Shown here one piece after another: positions 9,421-20,500 of a stretch of 64,000 nucleotides of DNA; the stretch's first letter is position 1, and each line of letters begins with the position of its first letter. The translations under genes were made by a program, and so were the position numbers. The notes beneath the pieces were generated by a model, which worked only from the letters and a program-made list of their open reading frames with translations, was not told the DNA's origin and did no database searches. The DNA is from a virus, in the IMG/VR virus record IMGVR_UViG_3300039379_000022, positions 21,783 through 85,782 of that record; one strand, 5' to 3'.

Positions 9421-12336
9421 TTATCTATCGCTGTCATCACGATCTGAATCATTATCCTTTTCTGTATTATCATCATTTCCTATCACAAATGATTCAGATA
9501 TATTATCTTCTAATGCATTTCCTGAAACATTTTCTTCCTTTGATGAATCGTAATCATTCTCTCTTTCATCCTCCCTGTTTAAGATCCTTTCATTATCTAA
9601 AAAGGCTTCTTCTAATGAAGGAACTGTATGAATGAATTCTTTCATCACATCCTGTACCATCTGTTTTTCATAAGGTGATAACTCACTGTAATTCTTTATG
9701 GATTCTTCTTTATTCCTTAAGTTGAATATCATGTTTTCATTGTGATATGTTTTTGCCAATTGTTCAATTACATCCGAATATGGAGTATTGGATTTATAAC
9801 ATTCCTTTATTTTATCATGAATCTGTTCAGCAACAAAAGATACCTTCTCTTTCTGGAATTTCATATTTTGTGCAAATCGTATTGTGTCCTTATCTTCTTT
9901 TGTCTGTTCATTAACTGGCTTTTTCTCAGTTTCCTCACCATCCTTGATGGCATTATCCATCTCTTTCCAAAATCTGAATTTAAGATCCTGTCGCATCTCT
10001 TCCACTTCATTTGCAGGTATCCCAAATTCTTCAAATTTGATATTTTCAAATCTCTTTACTACACTGATATCATTTAATTGTTCCGCAATCCGTTCTTTGG
10101 TAAATGTTTTCATATCCAATAGAACCTGTGCCTTCTTGCTTACATCATTATACATGTCTTTGATGGAATTGGTGATTGCTTTTTCCTTAGCCTCAATATA
10201 ATTCATGAAATTATTCCATTTTTCTTTCTGATGGTTTGAAAAAGTTCTGATTGCATTGTTTATGTTATGGAGGGACGTGTTTATTGTGTTATATGCATTC
10301 ACAAAAGACTTACTGAGTATAGCAAACTGTTTTTTGATTGAATTCAATTTAGGTTCTGTTAATGTGTTCCTTTCCTTACTCGTTTTTAGTTCCCTGATAG
10401 CATCTATCATTTTGTCACAATTCTCACGTAATGTAATGGCTGCCTTGGTATAGATATTTGTATTTGCATGAATTTCTTCACGAAGTAGTTTCAGATCTAT
10501 TTTCTTATCAATGGCTGCGATTCTGTCATTTTCATGTTCAGATGTCGACAGTTTTTTGTACTCCCGTTCCAACTCAGTTATGATTGCTCCATATTCCAAT
10601 CCTTCCTTAAAGGAACCAATGCCTTGACCAATATCAAATCCGCTATAAATCCCATCTGCCTTATACTCAGCAATTCCTTCCACTAGTTCCTTTGTACCTT
10701 TACCGAAAGAAGCTGCGATGTTTAATGCATCCTGTATAGGACCATACCTCAGTTCCATGATGGAATCTTCAAGTCTAGCCAGTTTTGTAATCCATTCCCT
10801 GTCATAGGTTATTGGCTCTTTTGCATTTGTATCCTTTACAAGATTTCCTTCCTTATATACCCGACATGAGAAGTCATCAAAATTAATTGAGCTTCTTTCA
10901 ATTTTATCAAAGCCAGGATTATCTATTTTGGTTTCAATATATTTGAATGTATCATTCAGTGCATTTGTTATCCGATCATTTGACATTCCAGTACGGTAAA
11001 ATGGCGCTTCTTTTAGTTTTTCTATCTCGTATTCAGCAAGTGTGCAATCAGGCTGTTTTCTATAATAATCCAGAGCGACCTCTGAGAAATATTCAATCTT
11101 ATCCTTATTTAAGAATTTGAATTCTTTTGAAATATCTTTATCCAATATTTTCTTAACCTTGCTTGCTTTCATCAACTCAAAATTAGAAGTCCGTTCCTGC
11201 TTCCCAATTCTAGCAAAGGCATCAATTTCTTTTGCCAAATCTGTTTTATACAGTTCATCTTTCTTTACTGCATCTAAATCAGAATTTTTGATTTCAAATG
11301 TTTTTTTGAAATCTCCATATTCTGGTCCGTACTTTACGGATAAGACAGGTGATACAGTTTTATCTTTATCATCATTTACAGTATATTCAAGAGATAATGA
11401 TAAAAACTCCTTACCTTTATCATCTAGAAATTGATATTTCAATTTTGGATCTTCAAACACAGAATTCAGGTTTGTTTCATCATGGTCGTGTTCAGCCAAT
11501 AACTCCTTTGTGACCTGCAATATGGATATATCTGTGAATTCAGTGGAGTTATCAAAGGCTTGATTTTTTTCCTTGATGGTTGAAAAACTGTCATCAACGG
11601 ATTGCAGTACGTCCTCTTTCATTTTATTGTATAATTCTATATCAAACGCTGACTGGATATTGGCATCCTCGATATAAGCATTCTTCCTTGTTATCGTAAT
11701 TGAGTTTTGCGGTAAAAGGTTCTTATCCTGTACAAGCAGATGTCCACCTGGTTTTATTCGAATGAGATACCCTTTATCTTCCAATCGGTTGGCTATATCG
11801 CGAATATCAACTGGAATTTCAGTCTCTGAAAGTTTTGTCCGTCTATGATTTAACTGTAATATTTCTGGTTCCATATCATCCGCAGCAAATACTAATTCAG
11901 GTTTCTTAATTGTTTCCCTTTTTTTAGATTCCTCCTCAATCATATTTGTTTTTTCAAACTCAGATTCCCTCATATATTGGCTGTCAATATACATATCAAC
12001 CTGGCCATATTCTCGTTTAAACTGATTTAACCTATTTTCCAGTTCACGATAGTTAAACCCATTTAAATCATCCCTCATGATTGGGATTGAATAATGAGAT
12101 TTATTTGGGCCATCTAGCTCTATATATTCTTCATACACATCTTCATCAAATTCATAATTCATGTCCAAGATTATGTTGTTTCGATCAATATCATCACTGA
12201 CTGTAATTCTCATATTGTCAACATCATTGTTTCTTCCAGCATGTGCAATTGCTTCAATTATATCTTGTGCATTTAGTTCTGAAAAAGGATTTCCCTGTTT
12301 TTGCGCTAATGCCTCATATTCTTTAATTTTTTCCAT
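9421..12336 (-). CDS. large acidic coiled-coil-rich protein, function unknown
   Basis: 971 aa; no signal peptide; highly acidic C-terminus (DNDSDRDDSDR); own terminators on both sides. Confidence 0.5.
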   Translation of the reverse strand: MEKIKEYEALAQKQGNPFSELNAQDIIEAIAHAGRNNDVDNMRITVSDDIDRNNIILDMNYEFDEDVYEEYIELDGPNKSHYSIPIMRDDLNGFNYRELENRLNQFKREYGQVDMYIDSQYMRESEFEKTNMIEEESKKRETIKKPELVFAADDMEPEILQLNHRRTKLSETEIPVDIRDIANRLEDKGYLIRIKPGGHLLVQDKNLLPQNSITITRKNAYIEDANIQSAFDIELYNKMKEDVLQSVDDSFSTIKEKNQAFDNSTEFTDISILQVTKELLAEHDHDETNLNSVFEDPKLKYQFLDDKGKEFLSLSLEYTVNDDKDKTVSPVLSVKYGPEYGDFKKTFEIKNSDLDAVKKDELYKTDLAKEIDAFARIGKQERTSNFELMKASKVKKILDKDISKEFKFLNKDKIEYFSEVALDYYRKQPDCTLAEYEIEKLKEAPFYRTGMSNDRITNALNDTFKYIETKIDNPGFDKIERSSINFDDFSCRVYKEGNLVKDTNAKEPITYDREWITKLARLEDSIMELRYGPIQDALNIAASFGKGTKELVEGIAEYKADGIYSGFDIGQGIGSFKEGLEYGAIITELEREYKKLSTSEHENDRIAAIDKKIDLKLLREEIHANTNIYTKAAITLRENCDKMIDAIRELKTSKERNTLTEPKLNSIKKQFAILSKSFVNAYNTINTSLHNINNAIRTFSNHQKEKWNNFMNYIEAKEKAITNSIKDMYNDVSKKAQVLLDMKTFTKERIAEQLNDISVVKRFENIKFEEFGIPANEVEEMRQDLKFRFWKEMDNAIKDGEETEKKPVNEQTKEDKDTIRFAQNMKFQKEKVSFVAEQIHDKIKECYKSNTPYSDVIEQLAKTYHNENMIFNLRNKEESIKNYSELSPYEKQMVQDVMKEFIHTVPSLEEAFLDNERILNREDERENDYDSSKEENVSGNALEDNISESFVIGNDDNTEKDNDSDRDDSDR

Positions 12337-12413
12337 AAATACCTCCTTAATGGTTTTTGGTTTATCATATATATAATGTGGTTCACATACCTGAAATAAT
12401 AGGAAATAGCAGT

Positions 12414-12442
12414 TAAAAAAAAGAAGGAATAATCCTTCTTTT
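12414..12442 (-). terminator. intrinsic terminator (palindromic element copy 1)
   Basis: aagaagga-ataat-tccttctt plus T8 on the minus strand. Confidence 0.6.
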
Positions 12443-12447
12443 ATATT

Positions 12448-13227
12448 TTAAATATGGCAATCAATAATGGTAATCATAAAATCCTCATCAGCACAATCCA
12501 GGAACCGTTCTTTATAGTTTGTATTCCACTCATCATCCTCATTGATTGATATACCAAACATCATCATCTCTCCTTCTTCATGCCACTCACCATCGGGTGT
12601 TATGACTGCGAAGGTAGTAAAGGTTGAACTGGATTTTGCAAAGGACTCTTTTGTTTTGTATTTATTCAAATAGTATTCTGGCCTGTAAAGAACAAAGCCA
12701 ACACTAGCTGGATCTTTTCCTTCAACATAATTCTCCCAAAATGCAATTGCATCATTATATGCTTCTAAATTTGATTCAAAATTGACATCCTTAATTTTTG
12801 CTTGATTTACTTTGATTGAATTTCCATCTTTATCTTTTTCTTTTAGTTCCAATAAATTATGCCATCTGCCACCGATTTCATACCAATCATATTTTGATTT
12901 TGGATTATATGTAGATATTAAATTACCTTCCTTGTCAAAGTTTTCAGGATCATACCTTTCTCTTTCAAAATCGTATAACTCATCGTCTGTCATTTGTGTT
13001 ATTCTTTTAAGATTAGGTAAATAATCCTTATCATCCTCCATGATTTCAGCTTCTTTTTTTAGACAATCCTCATAGCGTGCTTGATAGTATTCCCTTGCAC
13101 TCTTAATCAATTGTCGTTTTGTTTTTGCTACATATGGCTCCATATCGATACCTTCGTAAAAAGGTTCCATGATTTCATCAATATCGGCAGTTTCCGGTGA
13201 AATGACAGCTAATGAAAAATGACTCAT
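12448..13227 (-). CDS. hypothetical protein
   Basis: start refined to MSHFSLAV with RBS gggagga; acidic, cytoplasmic. Confidence 0.45.
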   Translation of the reverse strand: MSHFSLAVISPETADIDEIMEPFYEGIDMEPYVAKTKRQLIKSAREYYQARYEDCLKKEAEIMEDDKDYLPNLKRITQMTDDELYDFERERYDPENFDKEGNLISTYNPKSKYDWYEIGGRWHNLLELKEKDKDGNSIKVNQAKIKDVNFESNLEAYNDAIAFWENYVEGKDPASVGFVLYRPEYYLNKYKTKESFAKSSSTFTTFAVITPDGEWHEEGEMMMFGISINEDDEWNTNYKERFLDCADEDFMITIIDCHI

Positions 13228-13387
13228 ATTTATTTCCTCCCATTTAATTATGCGGGAGACAATATTTGCCCTTTTTTTATGGTTCAATAGTAAATAAAAT
13301 TCAGGTCTTGCATTTCACAAATCATCTTAATTGTCTCTTTTTTTCTGTTAACGTACTACATTAATAGTATGAAAACTCTTGTAATAA

Positions 13388-13416
13388 AATAAAGAAGGAT
13401 TATCCTTCTTTATTTT
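13388..13416 (-). terminator. intrinsic terminator (palindromic element copy 2)
   Basis: aagaagga-tta-tccttctt, near-identical to the hairpin at 12414-12442. Confidence 0.55.
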
Positions 13417-14533
13417 TGTCTATATCCACAATTTCGATTTTCTCTTTTTCTTCCTTTTTCTTCTTATTTGATAAGATTAATAAGATTATCAGGATAAAAC
13501 CGATGATGATGACGGTTCCAATACCAAAAGCTGCGATAGGATTTGCTTTTAACCATTCCATTAGGTTTTCAATGAAATTATTTCCTGAACTATCTACTAC
13601 AGAATAGGTATAAGTTGCAGTTGCCTTAATTGTATAAAGGCTTCCTCCTGGTTTATCTGGGTTTATATAGGTGCAGTGGTAATACATTCCGTCTGCAGCT
13701 GGCATGGTGGCCTCGTCTCCATATACAGCAACAACATCATGAATTAATTTTTGCCCATATGCAGTTGCACTACGATATTCTATTCCGTTTTTAGAATAAG
13801 GCTCTCCATTCCATTCAATAGATGATATTTTATATTTATCACTTGGAAGCCCTAGGTAATCAAGAAATTCCTCTTTATAATCCAATAGTGAATCCGCTTT
13901 TGATACCTTTGAATTTCCAAGCATAAAATAATCTGCATCGTAGTCTGTTATTGTAATGGGAAATGTGAATGTATCTACCCATTTTTCTGTATCTGTTTTT
14001 ATTTTGATTAATGGCATTTCTGCTGTAATCAATTGTCCTGTAGAATTATCTGTTATATCGATTTCCCGTGTTCTAGGGACTTCATCCAACCACTCTAAAT
14101 CTTTAATCTCTATTTCTGCTTCAACATGCTGTATCCGTTCTTCTATCCGTTTTGATATTTTTTCTGTGGATTTTAATTGATAGGTTATTCCGTCCCGTTC
14201 AATTGTATCTTTTGGTTTTTCCACCATTGTTTCATCAATAAACGCAGGAGAATCATATATTGCATATTCAGCTTCTGTTGTTTGTGTGTTTACTATTTCA
14301 GTGGATATATCCGCAATATGAAAAATCTTATCATTCTCTGTTATGGATGATGTAAAATATTTTGAAGCATCTTCATCCTTATCTGTTGTCTGAAATTCGA
14401 TTTCTTTTGTTAACGATTCCATTTGAGGTTGGTTTGTATTGCTAGCTAAGGCCTGGTGGCCGCTTCCCAGTAATAGGGAAGCGGTTAAACCTAAAATAGT
14501 AAATAACTGTGGATACATATTATTTTTTCTCAT
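13400..14533 (-). CDS. surface protein with signal peptide and C-terminal TM anchor
   Basis: signal peptide; C-terminal hydrophobic segment plus Lys-rich tail; start inside the last 14 nt of the giant adhesin gene (RBS aaggag). Confidence 0.5.
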   Translation of the reverse strand: MRKNNMYPQLFTILGLTASLLLGSGHQALASNTNQPQMESLTKEIEFQTTDKDEDASKYFTSSITENDKIFHIADISTEIVNTQTTEAEYAIYDSPAFIDETMVEKPKDTIERDGITYQLKSTEKISKRIEERIQHVEAEIEIKDLEWLDEVPRTREIDITDNSTGQLITAEMPLIKIKTDTEKWVDTFTFPITITDYDADYFMLGNSKVSKADSLLDYKEEFLDYLGLPSDKYKISSIEWNGEPYSKNGIEYRSATAYGQKLIHDVVAVYGDEATMPAADGMYYHCTYINPDKPGGSLYTIKATATYTYSVVDSSGNNFIENLMEWLKANPIAAFGIGTVIIIGFILIILLILSNKKKKEEKEKIEIVDIDKNKEG

Positions 14534-17500
14534 GTCGTTTTCTCCTTTTTAGTAGTACAATCAGTCCGAATGCAACGATGAGCCATCCAAATACAACTAA
14601 TCCAATCCTAAAGTCATCTCCTGTCTTACTGAAATGTAATATACCGTTCTCATCAATCCACGCATATCCTCTTCCACTTGGTCCATGGTCATAAGAGGCA
14701 TCAATCCTACCTATCTTTTCACCGTCTTTTGTATTATACATGGTGGTTTCTCCAGTAATTTTTCCATTCTTAATAGTGAATTTAATGTATACCTTTCCTT
14801 CTAATGTGTATCCTTCTGGTGCTTTTACTTCAATCGCCGTGTAAATATCATCGTATTCTGGAATGAATGGGAAAATACCATCTAATCCAGTTTCGCCTTT
14901 AGCTACAAGATTACCCTGGCTATCATATATTTCAATACCGGTACCAGGAAGTAATGCAAAGGTATTGGCATCTTTCTTTACAATTTCAATCTCTTGTTTC
15001 TTATAATCTGATATGTTTAATGTTCCTGTGATTTTTTCATCGGATATTGTAAATGAATAAACATTCTTATCAATCATGTATCCTTCTGGCGCTTTTGTTT
15101 CCTTGTATGTGTAGGTTCCGTTATTTGGTTTTGGGAATGTCACTTCACCATTTTCACCGGTAACAATTGTTCGATAAACATTTCCATTGGAATCATAGAT
15201 TGTATATTCTGCACCTGCCACACCGGCACTTAAATCCATTGCATCTGTTTTTCTTATTGTAATGGTAGGCTTTAATGGTTCCGGTTTTTCATCCGGTGTC
15301 CAAGGTTTGTCTTTCTTATGGTCGATTACATGAACCATTTTTACACTTCCATCCCTGTTAGGTGAGAATGTTTGATCATTCGCTTTCGTCCAGCCTTCTG
15401 GTGCGGAAACTTCCTGTACCGTATAAACCTCATCTGGGTTAATGAATATTCCAGTTGACGGGAACTTGGAGACTATTTCATGTACCTCTCCATCTTTTGT
15501 TTCCCACTCATCCACCGTTTTTCCATTGGAGTCTATAATCCGCATTTTTGCTTTTCCTAACATCTGTGATGTCTCAGTGATATCATGTTTCTTATTTTTC
15601 CACTTGATGATGGTTATCTTTAATGTATCATCCTTCATTTCTACCTTATCAATATCTCCATCCGTTGATACTGTGAATTTAATATCCACTGTATATCCAT
15701 ATCCGTCTGGTGCGCCTTCTTCATGTAAAGTATATTCCTCTCCAGCTACAAGCTTACCTACAATTACATGCGGTTTATCCGTTGAAGTCCATTCCTCTAC
15801 AATTGCACCGTTCTTATCAATAATCTGAATATGTGCTCCCGGTAGTTCTTCTCCTGTTGTAATGTCGGTTTTTGTTATTTCAACATGGGTTGGCTTATCT
15901 TTCATTTCCACCTTGTCAATGGAACCATCCCTTGATACTGTGAATTTCACCTCTTCTGAATATGCATATCCATCTGGTGCATAGGTTTCTTTTAGAGTAT
16001 ATGACTTTCCAGCAATAAGTTTTGCTATGATTACATGTGGCTTTTCTGTTGATGTCCATCTTTCAATGATGTTTCCCGATTCATCAATTAATTCGAGTTT
16101 TGCTCCTGGAAGTTCTTTTCCAGTTGTCATATCTGACTTTGTTATTTCAACATGTGTTGGTTTATCTTTCATTTCTACCTTATCAACACTTCCATCTTTG
16201 GATACGGTAAATTTAATGTCAATTGAATAACCATATCCATCTGGTGCACCTTCCTCATGCATGGAGTATTCTTCACCGGCAACTAATTTTCCTATGATTA
16301 CATGTGGTTTGTCTGTTGAGGTCCATTCTTCAACTACATTTCCTTCTTTATCAATAATCTGGATATGTGCACCTGGCAATTCTTCATCATTTGTGATATC
16401 CTTTTTGGAAACCTCCACATGGGTTGGCTTATCTTCCATGGTCACCTTATCAATAGATCCATCTTTAGAAACAGTAAATTCAATATCCTCTGCAAATGTA
16501 TAGCCATCTGGAGTTATTTCCTCATGTAGGACATATGTTTTACCTGCAATCAGCTTGCCTTTTATGATATGTGGTGTTGTTCCTGAGATCCACTCATCAA
16601 CAATAATTGGATTTTCTGCATCAGATTTATCAATAATCTGTAATCTTGCTCCTGGAAGCTCCTCTCCAGTTGTTATATCTGTTTTTGTTATCTCAACATG
16701 GGTTAGTTTATCTTCCATCTTTACCTTATCAATGGTTCCATCCGGTGAGACAGTAAACTCAATTTCATTTGCATAAGCATAACCATCAGCAGGATAGGTC
16801 TCTATCAGTTTATATTTGGAAACTTCATCCCATATTCCATCGCCATCCCTATCAGGTGTACTTGCAATTAATATTCCCTTTATTACATGTGGTGTCTTTT
16901 CAGATATCCATTCATCTATGATGTTTCCTTGCATATCCTCAATGCGTAAATGAGCGCCTTCCAACTCTTTTTGATTTGTGATATCTACTTTTGAAATCAC
17001 TACATGAGTTGGCTTATCTTTTACTAATAGGTGGTTATTTTCAATTTCTTTTCCATTTATAGTGATGCTCCCATCATTTTCAACTTTGAAGGTTACATTT
17101 GACACATAAGAATATCCGTTTGGTGATACTTTCTCTGTTAAAACATAGGTCTTTCCTGCCACCAATTTCTTTTCAATTATATGAGGATTATTTTCGTCCG
17201 AAATCCATTTGTCAATTATCGCTCCATTTTCATCTTTAATTTCCATTTCTGCTCCGGAAAGTTCTACATCTCCAGTTATATTAGTTTTTGTAATGGTCAT
17301 GATGATTGGTTTATCCGTCATTTCTACAGACGTAATTGTATTATCTCTGTTTACTGTGAATAAAACATCTTCAGCAAAGGCATATCCATCCACAGGTTTT
17401 ACTTCGTGCAGGTAATAAGACTCATCCGCATTAAGTAGTCCTGTAATATCAACTGTTTCATTTGATTCAAACCGTAAAATGTCACCCTGTTTGAAATTCG

Positions 17501-20500
17501 TTGTGTCCTTTATTGCAATGACTGGTTTCTTATCTTTGTCAAGAATTTGTAATATAGAACCATTTAATGTTACATTGGTTCCATCTTCATTTAATTCAGT
17601 TGACTTTTTCGTTATCTTAACCTGTGTTTCATTGTCCTGCATGATGACAATCAGAATATCATCTTTTGGAACGGTGAATGATTGATCCTCTGCATATGCA
17701 AAGCCATCTGGTGCAATCACTTCCCTTAGCGTATATGTTTCATCTGCTTTCAGCTTATTGGTAATCTCATGCTTGGATCCATTTGATATCCACTCATCTA
17801 CGATTTCTCCATTGCTGTCTACTATCTGCAATTTTGCATCAGGAATACTTGTTCCATGTTCATCAACCTTATCAATATATACCCTGGTATAGGTATCATA
17901 CATTATGACGCGGTTAATGGTTCCATCCGGATTGACTGTAAATACGATGTCTTCCGCATAGGTATATCCTTCTGGTGGGTTAAACTCTCTTAAGATATAA
18001 CTTTCTCCAGGTGTGAGTGTTGTCGTAAGGGTATGTTCTTTTTCTCCTGAAATCCATTCTTCAAGCAAATTGCCATCCATGTCAAGAACCTGCAATGTTG
18101 CTCCAGGTAATTCCTTATTTCCAGTGATGTATTGTTTCGAAATGATGACCGGATATTTTCTGTTTTTCATATCAAAGGATTTCACTTCACAATTTTCTCC
18201 TAATGTAAATCCAGATTGTGATAGTGAGAACATGGTTCCATCATTCATGATGACTCTTTCCGTTACTTCATAGCTTTCATTTCTTTGGAAAATCGTACGC
18301 TCGTTATCAAGGTTCCTTGTGTTTGCAAAATAAACATTTGATATGGATTCTTTCTTTGTCGTTCCATCTGGCAAATTAATTGGATTCCCATAATCATTTA
18401 CGGTTCCTGACTGGACTGCAAATTTAAAATCGTCTGTCACAAGCAAGCGAACGGAATATTTCGTATTGTAAGGCAGGTCGCTGATGATTAAGTAATCTGA
18501 ACCGGTTAATGTCACATCAAATGTCTTTTCTGTTCCATATGCATCAAATGAGTGTGTTCCGTTATTTTCGTTTTTCGTCCTGTAGTTATAGCTACCACTT
18601 AATGGATTCCCATTCATATCCGTTAGCGTTATGCGGTACGTGAATGATGCAAGTTCATTTGTTGGATTGTTTCCAATTACATTGTTGTAGAGTGCAATCT
18701 TGGAAGTGTTCTTAAGCATGCCAGTTCCTTCGTTAACTGCTACCGGGTTCATATATGAGTAGGTTCTGTCATCAATTAGCACTTTCTGATTTATTTTTCC
18801 TGATGCACTGTCTTTTACGGTTGCAATGAATTTAATCGTGCCTTCCTCTTCGGTTGTTGTCCAATGATATTTACCGTCTTCTGACTTCTCTGCTTCTGGC
18901 TCCGTCCTTATAATGTCGGTCTGTGAATCAGGCATTAAGACTACTTCTTTTCCTTTTCCATCATAGTTGATTGTATAAATTACTTGTTGTCCTCCAGCTA
19001 CGGCTTCATGGTCTTGCCCTGGTATTCGATTACCCTGTTGTGTATTAATTACAGTCAGGCTTTGGTTATCCGTGTTAAGAGGATTTGCAATTGAATATAC
19101 ATTACCATCCGTTATCCATTTTGCTATTATGGAACCATCTTTATTTGTAATTAGCTCTTCAACAGCAGCGGCACTTTTTGGATATATCTTTAGTAATCCA
19201 TCATCCAGTCTTGCTATGAATGTTGTACTTCGGATTATGGTTTCTGTAGAGTCAGTATATTTGATGATCTCATCCAGTCTGTATGTACGGCCATCCGTGA
19301 TTTCATTTTCAGTTAATGTGAATCCATTTGTTGCAGTACCATATTCTTTTACTGTACTATCTGTCAAATCCGTCAGTACTGTCTTTGCTCCAGTAAATGT
19401 CCTAGTTGAAAAGTTGACTTTTTCTACTGCGCCTGTGTTATCAGCAACAAATTCAATATATGCATTATCTTTTGGGTCACTCCAGATTCGGCTGATACTT
19501 CTACCATCTGAAGCTATCCTAAAGAATATATCATCAGCTTTTACATATCCATCAGGGACATCTATCTCGGATAAAACATAATTTGCTGAACCAATTAAAC
19601 CATTTATAACATGTGTATTATTTCCAGATGTTGTTGTCCAAGTGTCAATTGCCTCTCCCATTGGTTTCCACTCGCCATCTGTATTTTCTGCTTTGTAAAT
19701 AGCAAGTGTTGCTCCTGATACTCCAAAATGTGTATCAAAATCTGATTTTGATATTGTGATTGCAGTCTCTTTATCTGTAATCGTAATTACTCCATTCACA
19801 TGAGCTGCATCATCTGGATTATTCGATATTGCATAGTCGTAATGGTCACTACCTCGGAATGTAAACTCATGCACTTCACTATTTATTTGATAGCCTGCAG
19901 GTGGGTTGGGCTCTTCAATTGTAAATGTATACGGTTCAACAATTCCATCCTTTCCAATTTTACCAATCTCATCTATAATCAGTGTTCCATTTCCTCCATT
20001 ATCAGTGATGATATAACCAGCAATTGTTCCTGTTGATTTGTTTTTCACAATGAAGGAGGCTCCAGCAAGTCCTTTTCCATTTTCATTATTCTTATGTACC
20101 GTCACCTTTCCAGGCATGATTTTATTTATTACATTCAGTTCTGATTTTTGGTTATTCACCTCTACTTCAATTGGTTCAGTTGTCCGATAGTAATCCGGAG
20201 TTTTTGTTTCCACTAAATAGTAATAGCCATCTTCTAAATCCTTAATTGTATGCGGTTTATAGTCTCCAACCTTATAACCTTTAGGAATACGTTCCTTCTG
20301 TTCATCTTCTTTTGTGAAGACACCATCACTTCCAGAAATCCAGGAAGTAACTAAGGTTGCACTACCTGGCACTGTACCGTTCCTAAACGCCTCCTTATAA
20401 GCTTCATCAAAACGGTCAGTACGATATAATTTAAGTTCCGCTCCTTTGATTTCAATACCGCTGTTTGACATGGAGATTTCGTTATTCCTGATTCCTGCAT

